Below, piece after piece: positions 34,399-44,357 of a stretch of 64,000 nt of DNA. Positions within the stretch are counted from its first letter, which is position 1, and each line of letters starts with the position of its first letter. The position numbers and the translations under genes were made by a program. The notes beneath the pieces were generated by a model. That model made no database searches. It was not told the DNA's origin and saw only the letters and a list, made by a program, of their open reading frames with translations. The DNA lies in the IMG/VR virus record IMGVR_UViG_3300011193_000001, one strand, 5' to 3'. The DNA is from a virus.

Positions 34399-36417
34399 TC
34401 ACAAGGCGTACCAGTCCGCATGGTCCGACACCCACACCTTTGATGCCCCGGCCGCGAGGGATCCCGCTTCGACGCTGCCGCCGGCAGCGGTGACCGTGAC
34501 CACACCGGTCCCGTTGTTGCGGACCGGGTAGTCAAAGCCGCCATGCGTCGCCGCTGCCGGCAGCGTGACCGTCTGGTCTCCGCCGACGCAGAACACGTAC
34601 CGGTCGCGTGCCGAGAGCGTCGCGCCCGCGGCCGTGTTCAGGACGCGGTGCTCACGATCGTCGGTTCGTGCGACCTCGACCCACAATCCGGCGGTGCGCT
34701 CCAGCGTGATGCTCGACCCCGCGACCGGCGCGAACGGCCGGAAGCCCTTGAGGATGATCCCGGCGTTGTGCTCGATGGTGATGAGCGGCCCGTTGAAACG
34801 CAGCTTGAAGATGTCGCCGTCGCGGCGCGGCACGATGTCCGTGACCGTCGTCGCACCACCGGGCTCGACGACATCGAGGATGGGTGCGCGGCGGTCTGAC
34901 AGGTCCAGCGTGTCGCCGCCCGTCACGCTGACGGTCTGGTAGTGGTCTTCGGTTGGTAGCGGCCAGTTGCCGCGCCCGACGATGACCGTCGGGTTGATGT
35001 ATCCGAGCGAGAGGGCGCCCGAGCCGCCGAACGCGATGATGTCGTCGTAGCGCGCGATGAACGTCTCATCGCTCGACGTGCGGACGGCATAGCCGGTGCC
35101 CTGCAGAACGAAGTAGGCGCCCTCGACGAAGTACGAGCCGCCACCGGCACCCGTGAACAGGATCCCGTCCGGGTCCCCGCTGCCGATGTTGAAGAACGAC
35201 ACCGATGAGTCGACCTTGACGTTGAAGCAGGAGACCGCCTTGATCCATTCGTCGTCGCCCGAGTAGTACAGCAGGGCGCCGCCCGTGAACTTGACCTGCG
35301 CTACGTTCTCGAAGACAGCGCAGTGCGTCGAGCAGGCCATGTGCCCGCCGACCCAGGAGAACATGGGCATTCCGTAAGCGACGGTGCTCGTGACCTCCAG
35401 CCCGATGTCCGTCAGGAACACGCATCCCGTCCACTGCAACCCCTCGATGCCGGGATGCATCGTGTTCGCGACCTGCGCCCCGCGCGCAGCACCGTAGACG
35501 CGGCACGCCGTGAACTGGTGGTCGCCGCTCGCGCCGCCGGGCGAGTCCACGGCGTTGTCCATCCGCCATCCGGCCGTCATCGCGCTCGTGCCCGAGATGA
35601 ACACGGACTGCGCGTCCACGCCCGCGCAGTCCGTCAACCGGATCCCGATCTCAAAGGTGCTGCCGGCCTCCCGGTCGATGACGACATTCGAGAGCGTGCC
35701 GGCCGGGTAGTTGTGGGCGCCGTCCAGGTGGATCGCGGAAGCCGTGATCGTCGCGCCCGTCGCGGCCGTGATCGTCATGCCGGCAACGGTCGCGTGCGTG
35801 GTGCCCGGCAGCGCACCAGTCGCCGCGTGCGCGAACGCGGCGAACGCGGCGTTCGCGGTCTGTCGCCAGCGCGTGACGCCGGGGCCAGCCCCGAAGAACG
35901 CGAGTGGCTCATTGCTTTCGCGCGCCAGCGTCGAACGCGTCACGTACGTGCCAGCGGGGCACCACACGGCCGCTGACGCGCTCAGCGCTTTCTGCGCGGC
36001 AGCCCAGTCGAGCTCGTCGTCAAGCGACGCGGCGAACGGGTAGACGGCCTGCGCGGCGGCGAGCGTCGCGAAGAACCCGCTGAGCGGGTGAGACAGGCCG
36101 TCGCCGATCGCGCCATGCGTGAACATCGGGCCTGGCCCCCACCGCGGCGACCGGATGTTCGCCACTCTGCTGTCCGCTTCGATGTCGGGCGGCGCCGTGG
36201 CAGGGAACGCCCACACCTTCGCTTTGTCGTCGATGACGGCGAGAACCCGATCGTCGCGCCCCGGCACCTGGCCGGCGGCGACCCACGTCGCACGGTCCTC
36301 GTACGTGGTGCCGTAGTTGTCGAGCGTCACGCTGAACGGGTCGACGCGCGATACCTTGGCCGCGAACGCCTGACCGGACCGTGCGGGCGGATCGGGAAGC
36401 AGCGAACCGGCGGTCAT
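34399..36417 (-). CDS. baseplate spike with beta-helix (pectate-lyase-like) domain
   Basis: ATGA overlap at 36414-36417; HGAIGDGLSHP.. then long Gly/Thr/Ala-rich repeats. Confidence 0.5.
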   Translation of the reverse strand: MTAGSLLPDPPARSGQAFAAKVSRVDPFSVTLDNYGTTYEDRATWVAAGQVPGRDDRVLAVIDDKAKVWAFPATAPPDIEADSRVANIRSPRWGPGPMFTHGAIGDGLSHPLSGFFATLAAAQAVYPFAASLDDELDWAAAQKALSASAAVWCPAGTYVTRSTLARESNEPLAFFGAGPGVTRWRQTANAAFAAFAHAATGALPGTTHATVAGMTITAATGATITASAIHLDGAHNYPAGTLSNVVIDREAGSTFEIGIRLTDCAGVDAQSVFISGTSAMTAGWRMDNAVDSPGGASGDHQFTACRVYGAARGAQVANTMHPGIEGLQWTGCVFLTDIGLEVTSTVAYGMPMFSWVGGHMACSTHCAVFENVAQVKFTGGALLYYSGDDEWIKAVSCFNVKVDSSVSFFNIGSGDPDGILFTGAGGGSYFVEGAYFVLQGTGYAVRTSSDETFIARYDDIIAFGGSGALSLGYINPTVIVGRGNWPLPTEDHYQTVSVTGGDTLDLSDRRAPILDVVEPGGATTVTDIVPRRDGDIFKLRFNGPLITIEHNAGIILKGFRPFAPVAGSSITLERTAGLWVEVARTDDREHRVLNTAAGATLSARDRYVFCVGGDQTVTLPAAATHGGFDYPVRNNGTGVVTVTAAGGSVEAGSLAAGASKVWVSDHADWYAL

Positions 36418-38291
36418 CGGCCAGACCAGTGGCGGGCCGTGAAGCCGGCAGTAGGCCGCCGTGTCGTGTGAAACCGCGGCCCGTTGCCGCCTCCCGGTCC
36501 GCCGGTGTCGAACCGCCAGTTGTTGTCGCCCTCCCCCTGGATGAAAACGTGGCCGCCGTTCGCGTAGATGCTCCACTCGCGGCCACGGCCCGGCTGCCCG
36601 TACGACGACGCGAACTTGCCCGACACCCAGGCGACCGACGCGGAGAACATGCCGGCCTCGCGCAGCGCCTTAGAACAGGACGAGGAGCAATCCATCGGCG
36701 AGTTGAAGCTCAGCGATGCGAGCGCGCCACCATGGCCGCCGCCGTACACGTAGCGGCCGTTGAAGCGGCGGCAGATGCTCACGAGGGAGTCGCTTGATCC
36801 GGCCGCGCCACTCTGTGTGCCCGCGCCAAGCGAGATGGTGCTCGACGCCGTTTCCGTGGTGCGTTCCGGCTGCACGAGCTCGGTGCCGCGGCGCAACTCG
36901 ATCGACGCTTTCACGCTGAACCGCGACTGCGCGACCTTCGACACGAGCCATCGGCCATTCAGGAATCCCGAGTCGCGCACGATGATCGAGCAGCCCTGCG
37001 GCAACGACCACAACTTGGCGAGGACTTGGAGGCTCGCGGTGTTGACCTTCTTCGCCGGGTCCATCTCACCGTCCAACCAGTCGACGCCCGGCGACGCTTC
37101 GGACAGGATCGCGCGGGCGCGGCTATCGATCAGGTCATGCTCATCGGCGTAGACGGCCGTGTTGCGATCGAAGAACAGCCTGTAGCCCTTCGCCTTCCCG
37201 AACCGGCTGATGGCCGTTAGCGAGGACTCCTGCGGGCTCTCCGGCGTCCCTCGCTGCACAAGCGCTGCAGTAACCCTGGCCTTGTCCCGCGCAGTCGAGC
37301 GGCCGAGAGGGCCATGATAGGCGCTGATGATTGCCGTCGCCTCACCGATGTGCTGCTGGTAGTGACGTTCGGCCGCGGCATCCGACCCAAAGTTCGCTCG
37401 TGACCCCTCGACGCGGTACGCGATCTCTCCCGGCGACCATGACGGGTGCGCTTTGCTTGCCGCGATCGCGCCACCGACCTGGAAGCCATTGCCGCCACGC
37501 AGAAATGCCCGGGCCTGCTGGGCAGTGCTCAAACCAAGCGCGCGGTCGGCCTGAAACACGCCGGTGTACTTGCTGCCCGCCGCGTTGGGAACGTCTCTGA
37601 TGCTGCTCTCACCGATCGCTGCGACCACCATCGCCTCGATCGCGCGGCTTGCACCGTTCGCGCCGGCCTTCTCTTTGGCGGCAACGCCGAGGATGATCTC
37701 GATGTTGCGGATCTGCTCGGCCGTGGCCTTCTTGCCCTTCACCTTCAGGTTGGCGCCCTCAGCGATGCCCTTCTCGCGGCGCTTGTCAGCGTCGTCGCGC
37801 TGCGCTTTGACCTGCCGCGCCGTCCCGGCCTTCGTGACCGCAACGCCCGTTGGTGTGACGAACGGCACCCCGGCGAGCGCGCACAAGTGTCGCGCGAACC
37901 GAACATGGTCCTCGCCGTCACGTGGCTTGAGTTGGCCGCGCGCGCCGCGAAGGATGGCCGCGGACCGATCCTCGCACCCGAGCGTGAACGTGTCCCCCGC
38001 CTTGCCGCACTTCGCGACCCGGTACCACGCCGCCCCGACCCGGATGTCCAGCGACTTGTCCAGGCGGCCGTTGCTGTCGCTGTCGAGCACACCGGAGCGC
38101 AGGAGCTTGCGTTGCTGGTCGCGGACCGTGATCTGCACCGCGAGCGTCGAGTCCATGTTTAAGTCCAGGTCAACGGCGGTCGTGGCGGCGCCAAGCACGA
38201 CATCGACTTCGCGGCCGTCGAGCAGCAGATCAAACGGCGGCGTGAGGATGCCAGCGTCTTGCAGCGCGAGCGGCACGGCTACCGTCGCCAT
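36414..38291 (-). CDS. baseplate hub protein with C-terminal NlpC/P60-like peptidase
   Basis: position; YVYGGGHG..MDCSSSCSKAL. Confidence 0.55.
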   Translation of the reverse strand: MATVAVPLALQDAGILTPPFDLLLDGREVDVVLGAATTAVDLDLNMDSTLAVQITVRDQQRKLLRSGVLDSDSNGRLDKSLDIRVGAAWYRVAKCGKAGDTFTLGCEDRSAAILRGARGQLKPRDGEDHVRFARHLCALAGVPFVTPTGVAVTKAGTARQVKAQRDDADKRREKGIAEGANLKVKGKKATAEQIRNIEIILGVAAKEKAGANGASRAIEAMVVAAIGESSIRDVPNAAGSKYTGVFQADRALGLSTAQQARAFLRGGNGFQVGGAIAASKAHPSWSPGEIAYRVEGSRANFGSDAAAERHYQQHIGEATAIISAYHGPLGRSTARDKARVTAALVQRGTPESPQESSLTAISRFGKAKGYRLFFDRNTAVYADEHDLIDSRARAILSEASPGVDWLDGEMDPAKKVNTASLQVLAKLWSLPQGCSIIVRDSGFLNGRWLVSKVAQSRFSVKASIELRRGTELVQPERTTETASSTISLGAGTQSGAAGSSDSLVSICRRFNGRYVYGGGHGGALASLSFNSPMDCSSSCSKALREAGMFSASVAWVSGKFASSYGQPGRGREWSIYANGGHVFIQGEGDNNWRFDTGGPGGGNGPRFHTTRRPTAGFTARHWSGR

Positions 38292-39064
38292 CAGCCCGGC
38301 ACCCTCGGGCCAACCGTGTCCGTCACAGCGGGGATCCTCAACGTGTCGCCCGGCCGGATGCTCTTCGGATCACGGATCTTGTTCAGCTCTTTCAGCGCAC
38401 GGACAGCCGCGGCGATGAGGGTTGCCGTCGAGGCGCCCATCCTGTCGCGCGCGATCGATGCGAGCGTGTCGCCGCGACGCACCGTGTACGTTCCGGACGA
38501 CTTCGCGGCCTTCCCCGACGCCGACGAGCGGCGGATCACGACGACTTCGGCGAGCGCGTACTCCAGCAGGTTGACCGTCGCCCAAATCTGGACGCGGCTC
38601 ATCTGCCGGCCATCCCACAGTTCCTTACCCTCGTCGATGCTGCCGATTACCCACTCGCGCCCGGTGCCAGGCACCATCCCGCCGACCCGCACGACGGGCG
38701 GCAGCGTGCCCCGCGGCGAACGTTCCGGCGGTCGGCCCATGAGATACAGCATCTCGATGTCCGCCTCCACGCTGCGGAGTTCCGTCAGGCCGTCCAGGAG
38801 GATCGGGATGCTCAACGTGCGGCCCGGCGTCGACCCGAACTCAATCGCGTCCGCGCGGCCTGCGAGCTCCAATGACTGCCACCCGCCGACACCGCCGCCC
38901 GGTGTAGCGCTCTCAGCGCCGAGCTTGCACACGACGCGCAGGCGCGGCTGCGCGGTCGAAAACGCCACGCGGCCCGGCCCGGCCGTCGGGCGTACCGCCT
39001 CAGCGATCTGCGCACCGAACCCGGTGGCTGAGATGAGCGTCTTTGGGCCGACGGTGACGGGCAT
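38291..39064 (-). CDS. tail protein with C-terminal LysM domain
   Basis: YTVRRGDTLASIA..IRPGDTLRIP. Confidence 0.7.
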   Translation of the reverse strand: MPVTVGPKTLISATGFGAQIAEAVRPTAGPGRVAFSTAQPRLRVVCKLGAESATPGGGVGGWQSLELAGRADAIEFGSTPGRTLSIPILLDGLTELRSVEADIEMLYLMGRPPERSPRGTLPPVVRVGGMVPGTGREWVIGSIDEGKELWDGRQMSRVQIWATVNLLEYALAEVVVIRRSSASGKAAKSSGTYTVRRGDTLASIARDRMGASTATLIAAAVRALKELNKIRDPKSIRPGDTLRIPAVTDTVGPRVPG

Positions 39065-41013
39065 CAGGTCGCGTACGCCGCGTCGGTCTGAAACTGCTTG
39101 GCCGTAGCAGTGGCGATCGGCTGCCCATCGATCGCCACAACGATGGCCGGCAGGTTACGCATGACGGCCGCGACGATACGCGCGATCGATCCCTCATCCA
39201 GGCCAGCGCCGCTCATCATGCCAGCCGATGTCTTCGCATCATGGACGTAGCCGCTGCGGCCCGGCGTGAAAATCTCCTGGCCCTGCTCGTTGACGAGGTA
39301 GCTCTTGCCTGCCGTGACGGGGCCTCCGCTGGCGCGCCGGCCGATGCTTGCCGCGGCACTCGTCGCCCGGTCCTGCGCGCCCTGATCAACGATGTGGCCG
39401 ATCGTGCCGACCGGGTCACCGGGCAGCACCTTGTTCAACGCGCCGCTCATCGCGTTCACGGCATCGATGACGCCGTTGATGACGCCGCGGACGAACCCGA
39501 CGATGCTGCCGAAGTTCCGTTTGATCGCGAGCGCCGCCAACCCGAACGGGCCGGTCAGGATCGCGAGCAGCAGCGGCCAATTGCCCTTGATCCACGAATA
39601 GCCGGTCTTCAGGGCGCCCCACACCGTGTTTACGACGTTACGGAACGCCGCGCTGCGCTTGTAGGCGATCACGAGCGCCGCGCCTACAGCGACGAGCGCG
39701 AGCACCACGAGGCCGATCGGGTTGGCTGTCATCGCCGCGTTCAGCGCCCACTGCGCGGCCGTCGCGACACCCTGCACAACCGCTGTCGCGATCATCGCCG
39801 TCTTGTACACCGCGAACGCCGCCGTCAACCCGCCAACCACGGAGATCAGGATCGTCGTCGTCGTCTTGTGCCGGTCGAACCATCCGACCAGATCCGACAC
39901 GGCGCCGACCACACCGTTGATCGCCGGCTCAAGGTTCGCCGAAAGGAACTGCATCACGCTCGTCGCGGCCGGCAGCAGCTTTGACCCCCACGTAATCGCA
40001 AGCGTTTCGACCGTCGACTTGAACGCCTCCAACGACCCCTTGAACCCCTTCGTCTGCGCCTCCGAAAGCTTCTGCGCGGACCCTGTTTTCGTGACGGCCT
40101 TGTGCATCTTGTCGTACGCCTTCGTGCCGCCCAGCAGCACGATGTTCGCCGCGCGGCTCGCGTCCGAACCGAACAGCGTTTCGATCGTCTGCGCCTGCTG
40201 CTCAGTCGTCAGCCCCTTCAGCGCCTTTCCGTACACCTGGATAGCTTTGCGGACCCCCACGAACTTCCCGCTCGAATCGAAGACATCGATCCCCAGCTTG
40301 CGCATCGTCTTGGACTGCTTCGTTGTCGTCGGGATGAGACTCGACATCATCTGCTTCAGCGACGTACCGGCATCCGACCCCGCGATCCCCTTGTTCGCCA
40401 TGACCCCCAGCAGCGTCGTCAAGTCCTCGATCGGGACGCCGAGCTTCGCCGCGCTCGCGCCGGCCTGCTGCATCCCCAACGCGATGTCCGTGATCTCAGC
40501 GGTCGACGCGTTCGACGCGCCCGCGAGAAGATCGGTCACCCGGGCAGCCTCCGTACCGCGCAAGCTGAACGTGTTCAGCGCGCGCGCCGTGATGATCGCG
40601 GCCCGCTCATTGTCGACCTGCGCGGCAGCAGAGAGTTGCAGCACGGACCGCGCGGAGTCCAGCGAATCGCGCACCGACAACCCGCCCTTTGCGAGCGCCG
40701 TCATCGCAATCGCCGCGTCAGCCGCCGACGTGCCCGGCAACTTCACGTCCGCGCCGAGACGCTTCGCGGCCTTGCCGACCTCATCCATCTGCTCTTTGTT
40801 CGCGCTTGAGACCGCCTGAAAGACGTTCAGCGACTTCTCGTAGTCGCCGGCCGCGTCGAGTGCCGCGATGCCGAGTGCTCCGAGCGCGCCGACAGCCGCG
40901 CCGCTCGCCATCGCTGCGCGGCGGCCGAACGATGACGCGCTGTTGCCGGTCTGTTGCAGGCCGCGCTGAACCTGACGCTGCCCGGCAAGGCGCAAGCGTA
41001 GGAGGATGTCCAC
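39064..41013 (-). CDS. tail tape measure protein
   Basis: 649 aa; Ala/Gly-rich helical; TP901-type core (..PGTSAADAAIAMTALAKGG..); C-terminal TM-like spans. Confidence 0.85.
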   Translation of the reverse strand: MDILLRLRLAGQRQVQRGLQQTGNSASSFGRRAAMASGAAVGALGALGIAALDAAGDYEKSLNVFQAVSSANKEQMDEVGKAAKRLGADVKLPGTSAADAAIAMTALAKGGLSVRDSLDSARSVLQLSAAAQVDNERAAIITARALNTFSLRGTEAARVTDLLAGASNASTAEITDIALGMQQAGASAAKLGVPIEDLTTLLGVMANKGIAGSDAGTSLKQMMSSLIPTTTKQSKTMRKLGIDVFDSSGKFVGVRKAIQVYGKALKGLTTEQQAQTIETLFGSDASRAANIVLLGGTKAYDKMHKAVTKTGSAQKLSEAQTKGFKGSLEAFKSTVETLAITWGSKLLPAATSVMQFLSANLEPAINGVVGAVSDLVGWFDRHKTTTTILISVVGGLTAAFAVYKTAMIATAVVQGVATAAQWALNAAMTANPIGLVVLALVAVGAALVIAYKRSAAFRNVVNTVWGALKTGYSWIKGNWPLLLAILTGPFGLAALAIKRNFGSIVGFVRGVINGVIDAVNAMSGALNKVLPGDPVGTIGHIVDQGAQDRATSAAASIGRRASGGPVTAGKSYLVNEQGQEIFTPGRSGYVHDAKTSAGMMSGAGLDEGSIARIVAAVMRNLPAIVVAIDGQPIATATAKQFQTDAAYAT

Positions 41014-41019
41014 TACGCC

Positions 41020-41717
41020 TCACCTGGCCTGCGCGTTGTGATGCTGGACGGCCCGTCGGATGTGATGACGCCACTTCGCCCGCTCGACCTCATCGCCGTA
41101 CAGCAGGTGCTCCGCGGCCCGATCAAGGCCGAGCGCGAGAGCATGGTCGACATCTACGTCCTCCGGGCCGAGGCTTCCCCCACGACAGACTCCGCCGTCG
41201 CGGTGCTCTCCGCGCGGTCGGTCACGATCGCGGCGGCGATGTTCGACGCGGCAGCCATCAGCATCAGCGCGTTCACGTCCGGCGGACTGCCCTCCGTGAA
41301 CGCGAGCAGCACCGCATCGCGGGGCTCCGTGACGGACGGGTGACCCATCGCGGCGGAGTACGCTGCGCCGAACCGCACGGGGCATCCCGTGTCATCGAGC
41401 CAGGCTGTGAACGTGCCGTCGTCTTCGCGCTTGTGCAGGCCAGCCGTCGCGGCTGCGACGACATCGGCGAGGTCGTCGAGGGTGAGGTCGATGTCGTTGC
41501 CGCCCGCGAGGACCGCCATCGAGCGCATCGCGCCGCGCGCGCCGGAGATGTCGGCGCTTGACGCGACTTGCGCGACGAGCCGGCCGCGGATGTTGACGTA
41601 GACGGGTTCGGCGGCGGTCTGGCGTGCTTCGTAGTCGGCGCGCAGATCATCCATCGGGCTGCCATGCGCGGCCGGTGCTGGCGTCGTGTAGGGCTCGTCG
41701 GGGACGGGCGCGATCAT
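41020..41717 (-). CDS. tail assembly chaperone, -1 frameshift-extended form
   Basis: G5 run (41177-41181) in GTG GGG GAA; the -1 frame continues as GSLGPEDVDVDH.. to the TGA at 41020, just before the tape measure start. Confidence 0.5.
41154..41717 (-). CDS. tail assembly chaperone (short form)
   Basis: lies between the tube and tape measure genes. Confidence 0.6.
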   Translation of the reverse strand: MIAPVPDEPYTTPAPAAHGSPMDDLRADYEARQTAAEPVYVNIRGRLVAQVASSADISGARGAMRSMAVLAGGNDIDLTLDDLADVVAAATAGLHKREDDGTFTAWLDDTGCPVRFGAAYSAAMGHPSVTEPRDAVLLAFTEGSPPDVNALMLMAAASNIAAAIVTDRAESTATAESVVGEASARRT

Positions 41718-42148
41718 GACGGCAGCCCCTCAACGGTGAACGTGAGTTCCATGAACGTGATCGCGGTCCCGTTGGAATCCATCGTCGGCTCCGCCAGTCC
41801 CGCGAGCTTCACGCGGTACGTCCTCAAGCCCCCGGCGACCGCGGACTTGTCGGGGTTGAGGAACTGCACGCCGACGACGCCCGCGTGGTTGATCCTGGCC
41901 GCGAGCCACGCCAACAGCGGCACGTCACGCGCGGTCCGCATCGCCCGCGCGATCTTCAACTCCCCCGTCTTCACGACGCCCGCGAGCGCTTCCGGGTCGA
42001 CCATGCCGCCGGCGTTGTAGGTCTCGGCGCCGTCGGCCATGATGTCGCCGCCGTCCTTCTTGTCGAAGCTGCCGGCGAGCGGCTGCCCGTCGATGGCGAC
42101 CGAGATCGCCACCATGTGCTCCTGAAGCAGGTAGTCGGCCATGCTCAC
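41714..42148 (-). CDS. tail tube protein
   Basis: 144 aa, directly after the sheath gene. Confidence 0.6.
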   Translation of the reverse strand: MSMADYLLQEHMVAISVAIDGQPLAGSFDKKDGGDIMADGAETYNAGGMVDPEALAGVVKTGELKIARAMRTARDVPLLAWLAARINHAGVVGVQFLNPDKSAVAGGLRTYRVKLAGLAEPTMDSNGTAITFMELTFTVEGLPS

Positions 42149-42154
42149 CGCCTC

Positions 42155-43615
42155 CTAGATCTCGTCGCTCGGGGCGACGGTCGTGATGAGCAGATCGATC
42201 GTCTTGACGCTGGTCGTCGGGCGCATCGCCAGGTTCGCCGCGAGGGACCTTGGCGCCGACCCGGCGCCGACGATGGCCGCGAATGCCTCGCCCGCGGTCG
42301 CTCCGAACAGAGCGTCCCTCGCGTACCACGCCGACCCGCGGCCGACAAGATCCTTCTGCACTTCGCTGTAGATGTGCAGGGCCGGGTCGATGTTCTTCTC
42401 CAGGTACTTCTGCATGTCGTCTTCGCACTCGTCGGCGACGGCGAGGACGACGCGGACACCGGCCGCGCCCGAGTACTGCTCCCACACGTCGGGGTCCGCG
42501 AGGGTGCGACTGCCAACCGCGTAGATGCGGCCTCGGTCGTTGCGGGTGACCGTCACGCCCGCGTCGTGCAGCGTGTCGCGATCCGCCTTGCTCCAGGTCT
42601 GGGTGACATCCGCGACGAACCGCATGACACCGAAGCTCTGCGCCGCGGGCTGCCCGGGGCCTGGCCGGTTCTCGCGGTCTGCGGCGGCCATGCGGCCCGC
42701 CTGCGCCCCCGACGGCGGCACCGTGACGAGTCCGGTGCCGGGGCCGGGGATCTTCTCCCACGGCGCGTACATCGCCCCGTAGCCCGCGCGGCTGCCCAGG
42801 GCGCGGAGCGTGGCCGCGGGCGCCGTGAGCGACGCGACCGTTGCCGTATCGATGGCGTCGAGCGCCGCGAACCGCCGGAACGACTCGGCGTGCTGGACGA
42901 GCGCGGCGTGCGCGGCCGGCGTCGTGATGCCCGGAAGGCTGACGGTGCCGGTCGGCGCGTCCCCATCGAAGATCGCAAGCTCGGCGAGCCACCCCGCCTG
43001 CGTCGTTGGGATGCTCGCGCGGTCGTCGGCGCCAGCAGACAGCGCGGTTTCGGCGAGGACCGCGAGCGGCCATACCCCGACGCCCGTTGCGACGCTGACG
43101 AGGCCCGTCGCCTCGAACGCATCCTCCAGGGCGGTGGCCGTGGTGAACGCTTCGCTGAAGAGGGTGGCGCCGTCCTGCTTGAACGTGACGGTCCGGGTTG
43201 AGCCGGCGCCGGTGAGCACTTCGACGGTGAGCTCGGTTGACCATGCGCCCGGATTCGCGTGCAGAACACCGTCCGCGTCCATGGCCGCGGCGGTGAGCGT
43301 CATCACGACGGCCGGCGCGGCGGATGACAGGGCGAGGGTGCCGCTCGTGGCGGCCGGTCCGACGAGTCGTTTCGCGAGCAACCGGCCCGCGCCGTTCGCC
43401 TCCCGGAAGTACGCCTCGGCGTTGCGGATGCCGTAGGACCCGGAGTCGACGTCGCCGTAGACGGCCTTGACCTTCGAGAGGCTGAGGCAGGTGGTGTAGA
43501 TGTCCGCGGGGCCGCGCTCGGCAACGAACGAGGCCATGAGCGCGCCGACATCTCCGGGCTGGGGGACTGCTTCGCCGCGGTCACCGATCGTGATGTTCAG
43601 CTCGGGCTCAGGCAT
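42155..43615 (-). CDS. tail sheath protein
   Basis: 486 aa; ..YAPWEKIPG..VPPSGAQAGRMAAAD.. pattern. Confidence 0.75.
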   Translation of the reverse strand: MPEPELNITIGDRGEAVPQPGDVGALMASFVAERGPADIYTTCLSLSKVKAVYGDVDSGSYGIRNAEAYFREANGAGRLLAKRLVGPAATSGTLALSSAAPAVVMTLTAAAMDADGVLHANPGAWSTELTVEVLTGAGSTRTVTFKQDGATLFSEAFTTATALEDAFEATGLVSVATGVGVWPLAVLAETALSAGADDRASIPTTQAGWLAELAIFDGDAPTGTVSLPGITTPAAHAALVQHAESFRRFAALDAIDTATVASLTAPAATLRALGSRAGYGAMYAPWEKIPGPGTGLVTVPPSGAQAGRMAAADRENRPGPGQPAAQSFGVMRFVADVTQTWSKADRDTLHDAGVTVTRNDRGRIYAVGSRTLADPDVWEQYSGAAGVRVVLAVADECEDDMQKYLEKNIDPALHIYSEVQKDLVGRGSAWYARDALFGATAGEAFAAIVGAGSAPRSLAANLAMRPTTSVKTIDLLITTVAPSDEI

Positions 43616-43787
43616 CGGGCTTGCCTTCCTGCTTGGCGGGCTTCAGCGGCAGGAGGTGCCCCGCGTCGATGAGGGCCGCGGTGTGCTCGGAGTCGGCGGC
43701 CTTCCCGGTGTCGCCGTGGGCGAGCATGCCGCCACCGTCGATGGCGATGGGGCCGCGGCTGCGGGACACGTTCTTGACCGCGATCAT
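43608..43787 (-). CDS. small ORF, 59 aa
   Basis: ATGA overlap at 43784-43787. Confidence 0.4.
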   Translation of the reverse strand: MIAVKNVSRSRGPIAIDGGGMLAHGDTGKAADSEHTAALIDAGHLLPLKPAKQEGKPDA

Positions 43788-44047
43788 GGCTGCGGCCAAC
43801 CGGTCGACGGGTTGCAGCTGGGGCAGTGCGCCGACACGAGGCCGCGCGCGTGGTCGAAGAAGATCGTCCGCACGCGGCTGCATGCGGGGCAGTTGAGCGA
43901 GATCGTCACGCGCGGCTCTCTTCGTCGGGGGTCACGTTCACACCGCGTAGCGTCCACCCCGATCGCCGCGCAAGGTCCATCGACTACCGCACTGGCCGCG
44001 CAGTACCGCGGATCGCCACGCTCAACAACGGGGCGCGTGTCGCTCAT
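43784..44047 (-). CDS. zinc-ribbon mini-protein, 87 aa
   Basis: CPACS..CPSC; the start shares CATG with the divergent plus-strand gene. Confidence 0.45.
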   Translation of the reverse strand: MSDTRPVVERGDPRYCAASAVVDGPCAAIGVDATRCERDPRRREPRVTISLNCPACSRVRTIFFDHARGLVSAHCPSCNPSTGWPQP

Positions 44048-44330
44048 GGCTCGTGAGTTCATGGGCGAGCAGATCCGCAAGACGAACGAAGCAGCCGAGG
44101 CCGAGGGCCGCCGGACGATGGCGATGGCCGCGCACTACTTCGCCTGCACGCGCGCGGATCGTCACCGGCTGGACCCTCGCCGCCTTGGCGACCGGTACGC
44201 CGAGGCGGCTTGCCGCCGTTCCGTGCAGCGCAGCAGGACGGCAGAGATCGCGCGGCTGAACACGCGACTGGCCAACTACGCGGATGCGGCTGGCGGCGCG
44301 GTCGTCTACAGCGCCGACGAGCGCGGCTAG
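44046..44330 (+). CDS. reverse-oriented hypothetical protein, 94 aa
   Basis: typical codon usage and high GC3; fills what would otherwise be a 266-nt gap. Confidence 0.55.
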   Translation: MAREFMGEQIRKTNEAAEAEGRRTMAMAAHYFACTRADRHRLDPRRLGDRYAEAACRRSVQRSRTAEIARLNTRLANYADAAGGAVVYSADERG

Positions 44331-44357
44331 AACCGGCTAGACCGGCTAGACCGGCTC
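44323..44357. repeat. 9-bp tandem repeat CCGGCTAGA (about 3.5 copies)
   Basis: read directly; supplies the stop codons of both convergent genes. Confidence 0.85.

Noticed and set aside
41885-43269. Several 240-440-aa ORFs on both strands over the sheath gene (for example 41925..43244 on minus and 41885..43201 on plus).
   Set aside because: They are alternative-frame shadows typical of high-G+C DNA. They are Arg/Gly/Pro-rich, whereas the 486-aa frame has sheath-like sequence.
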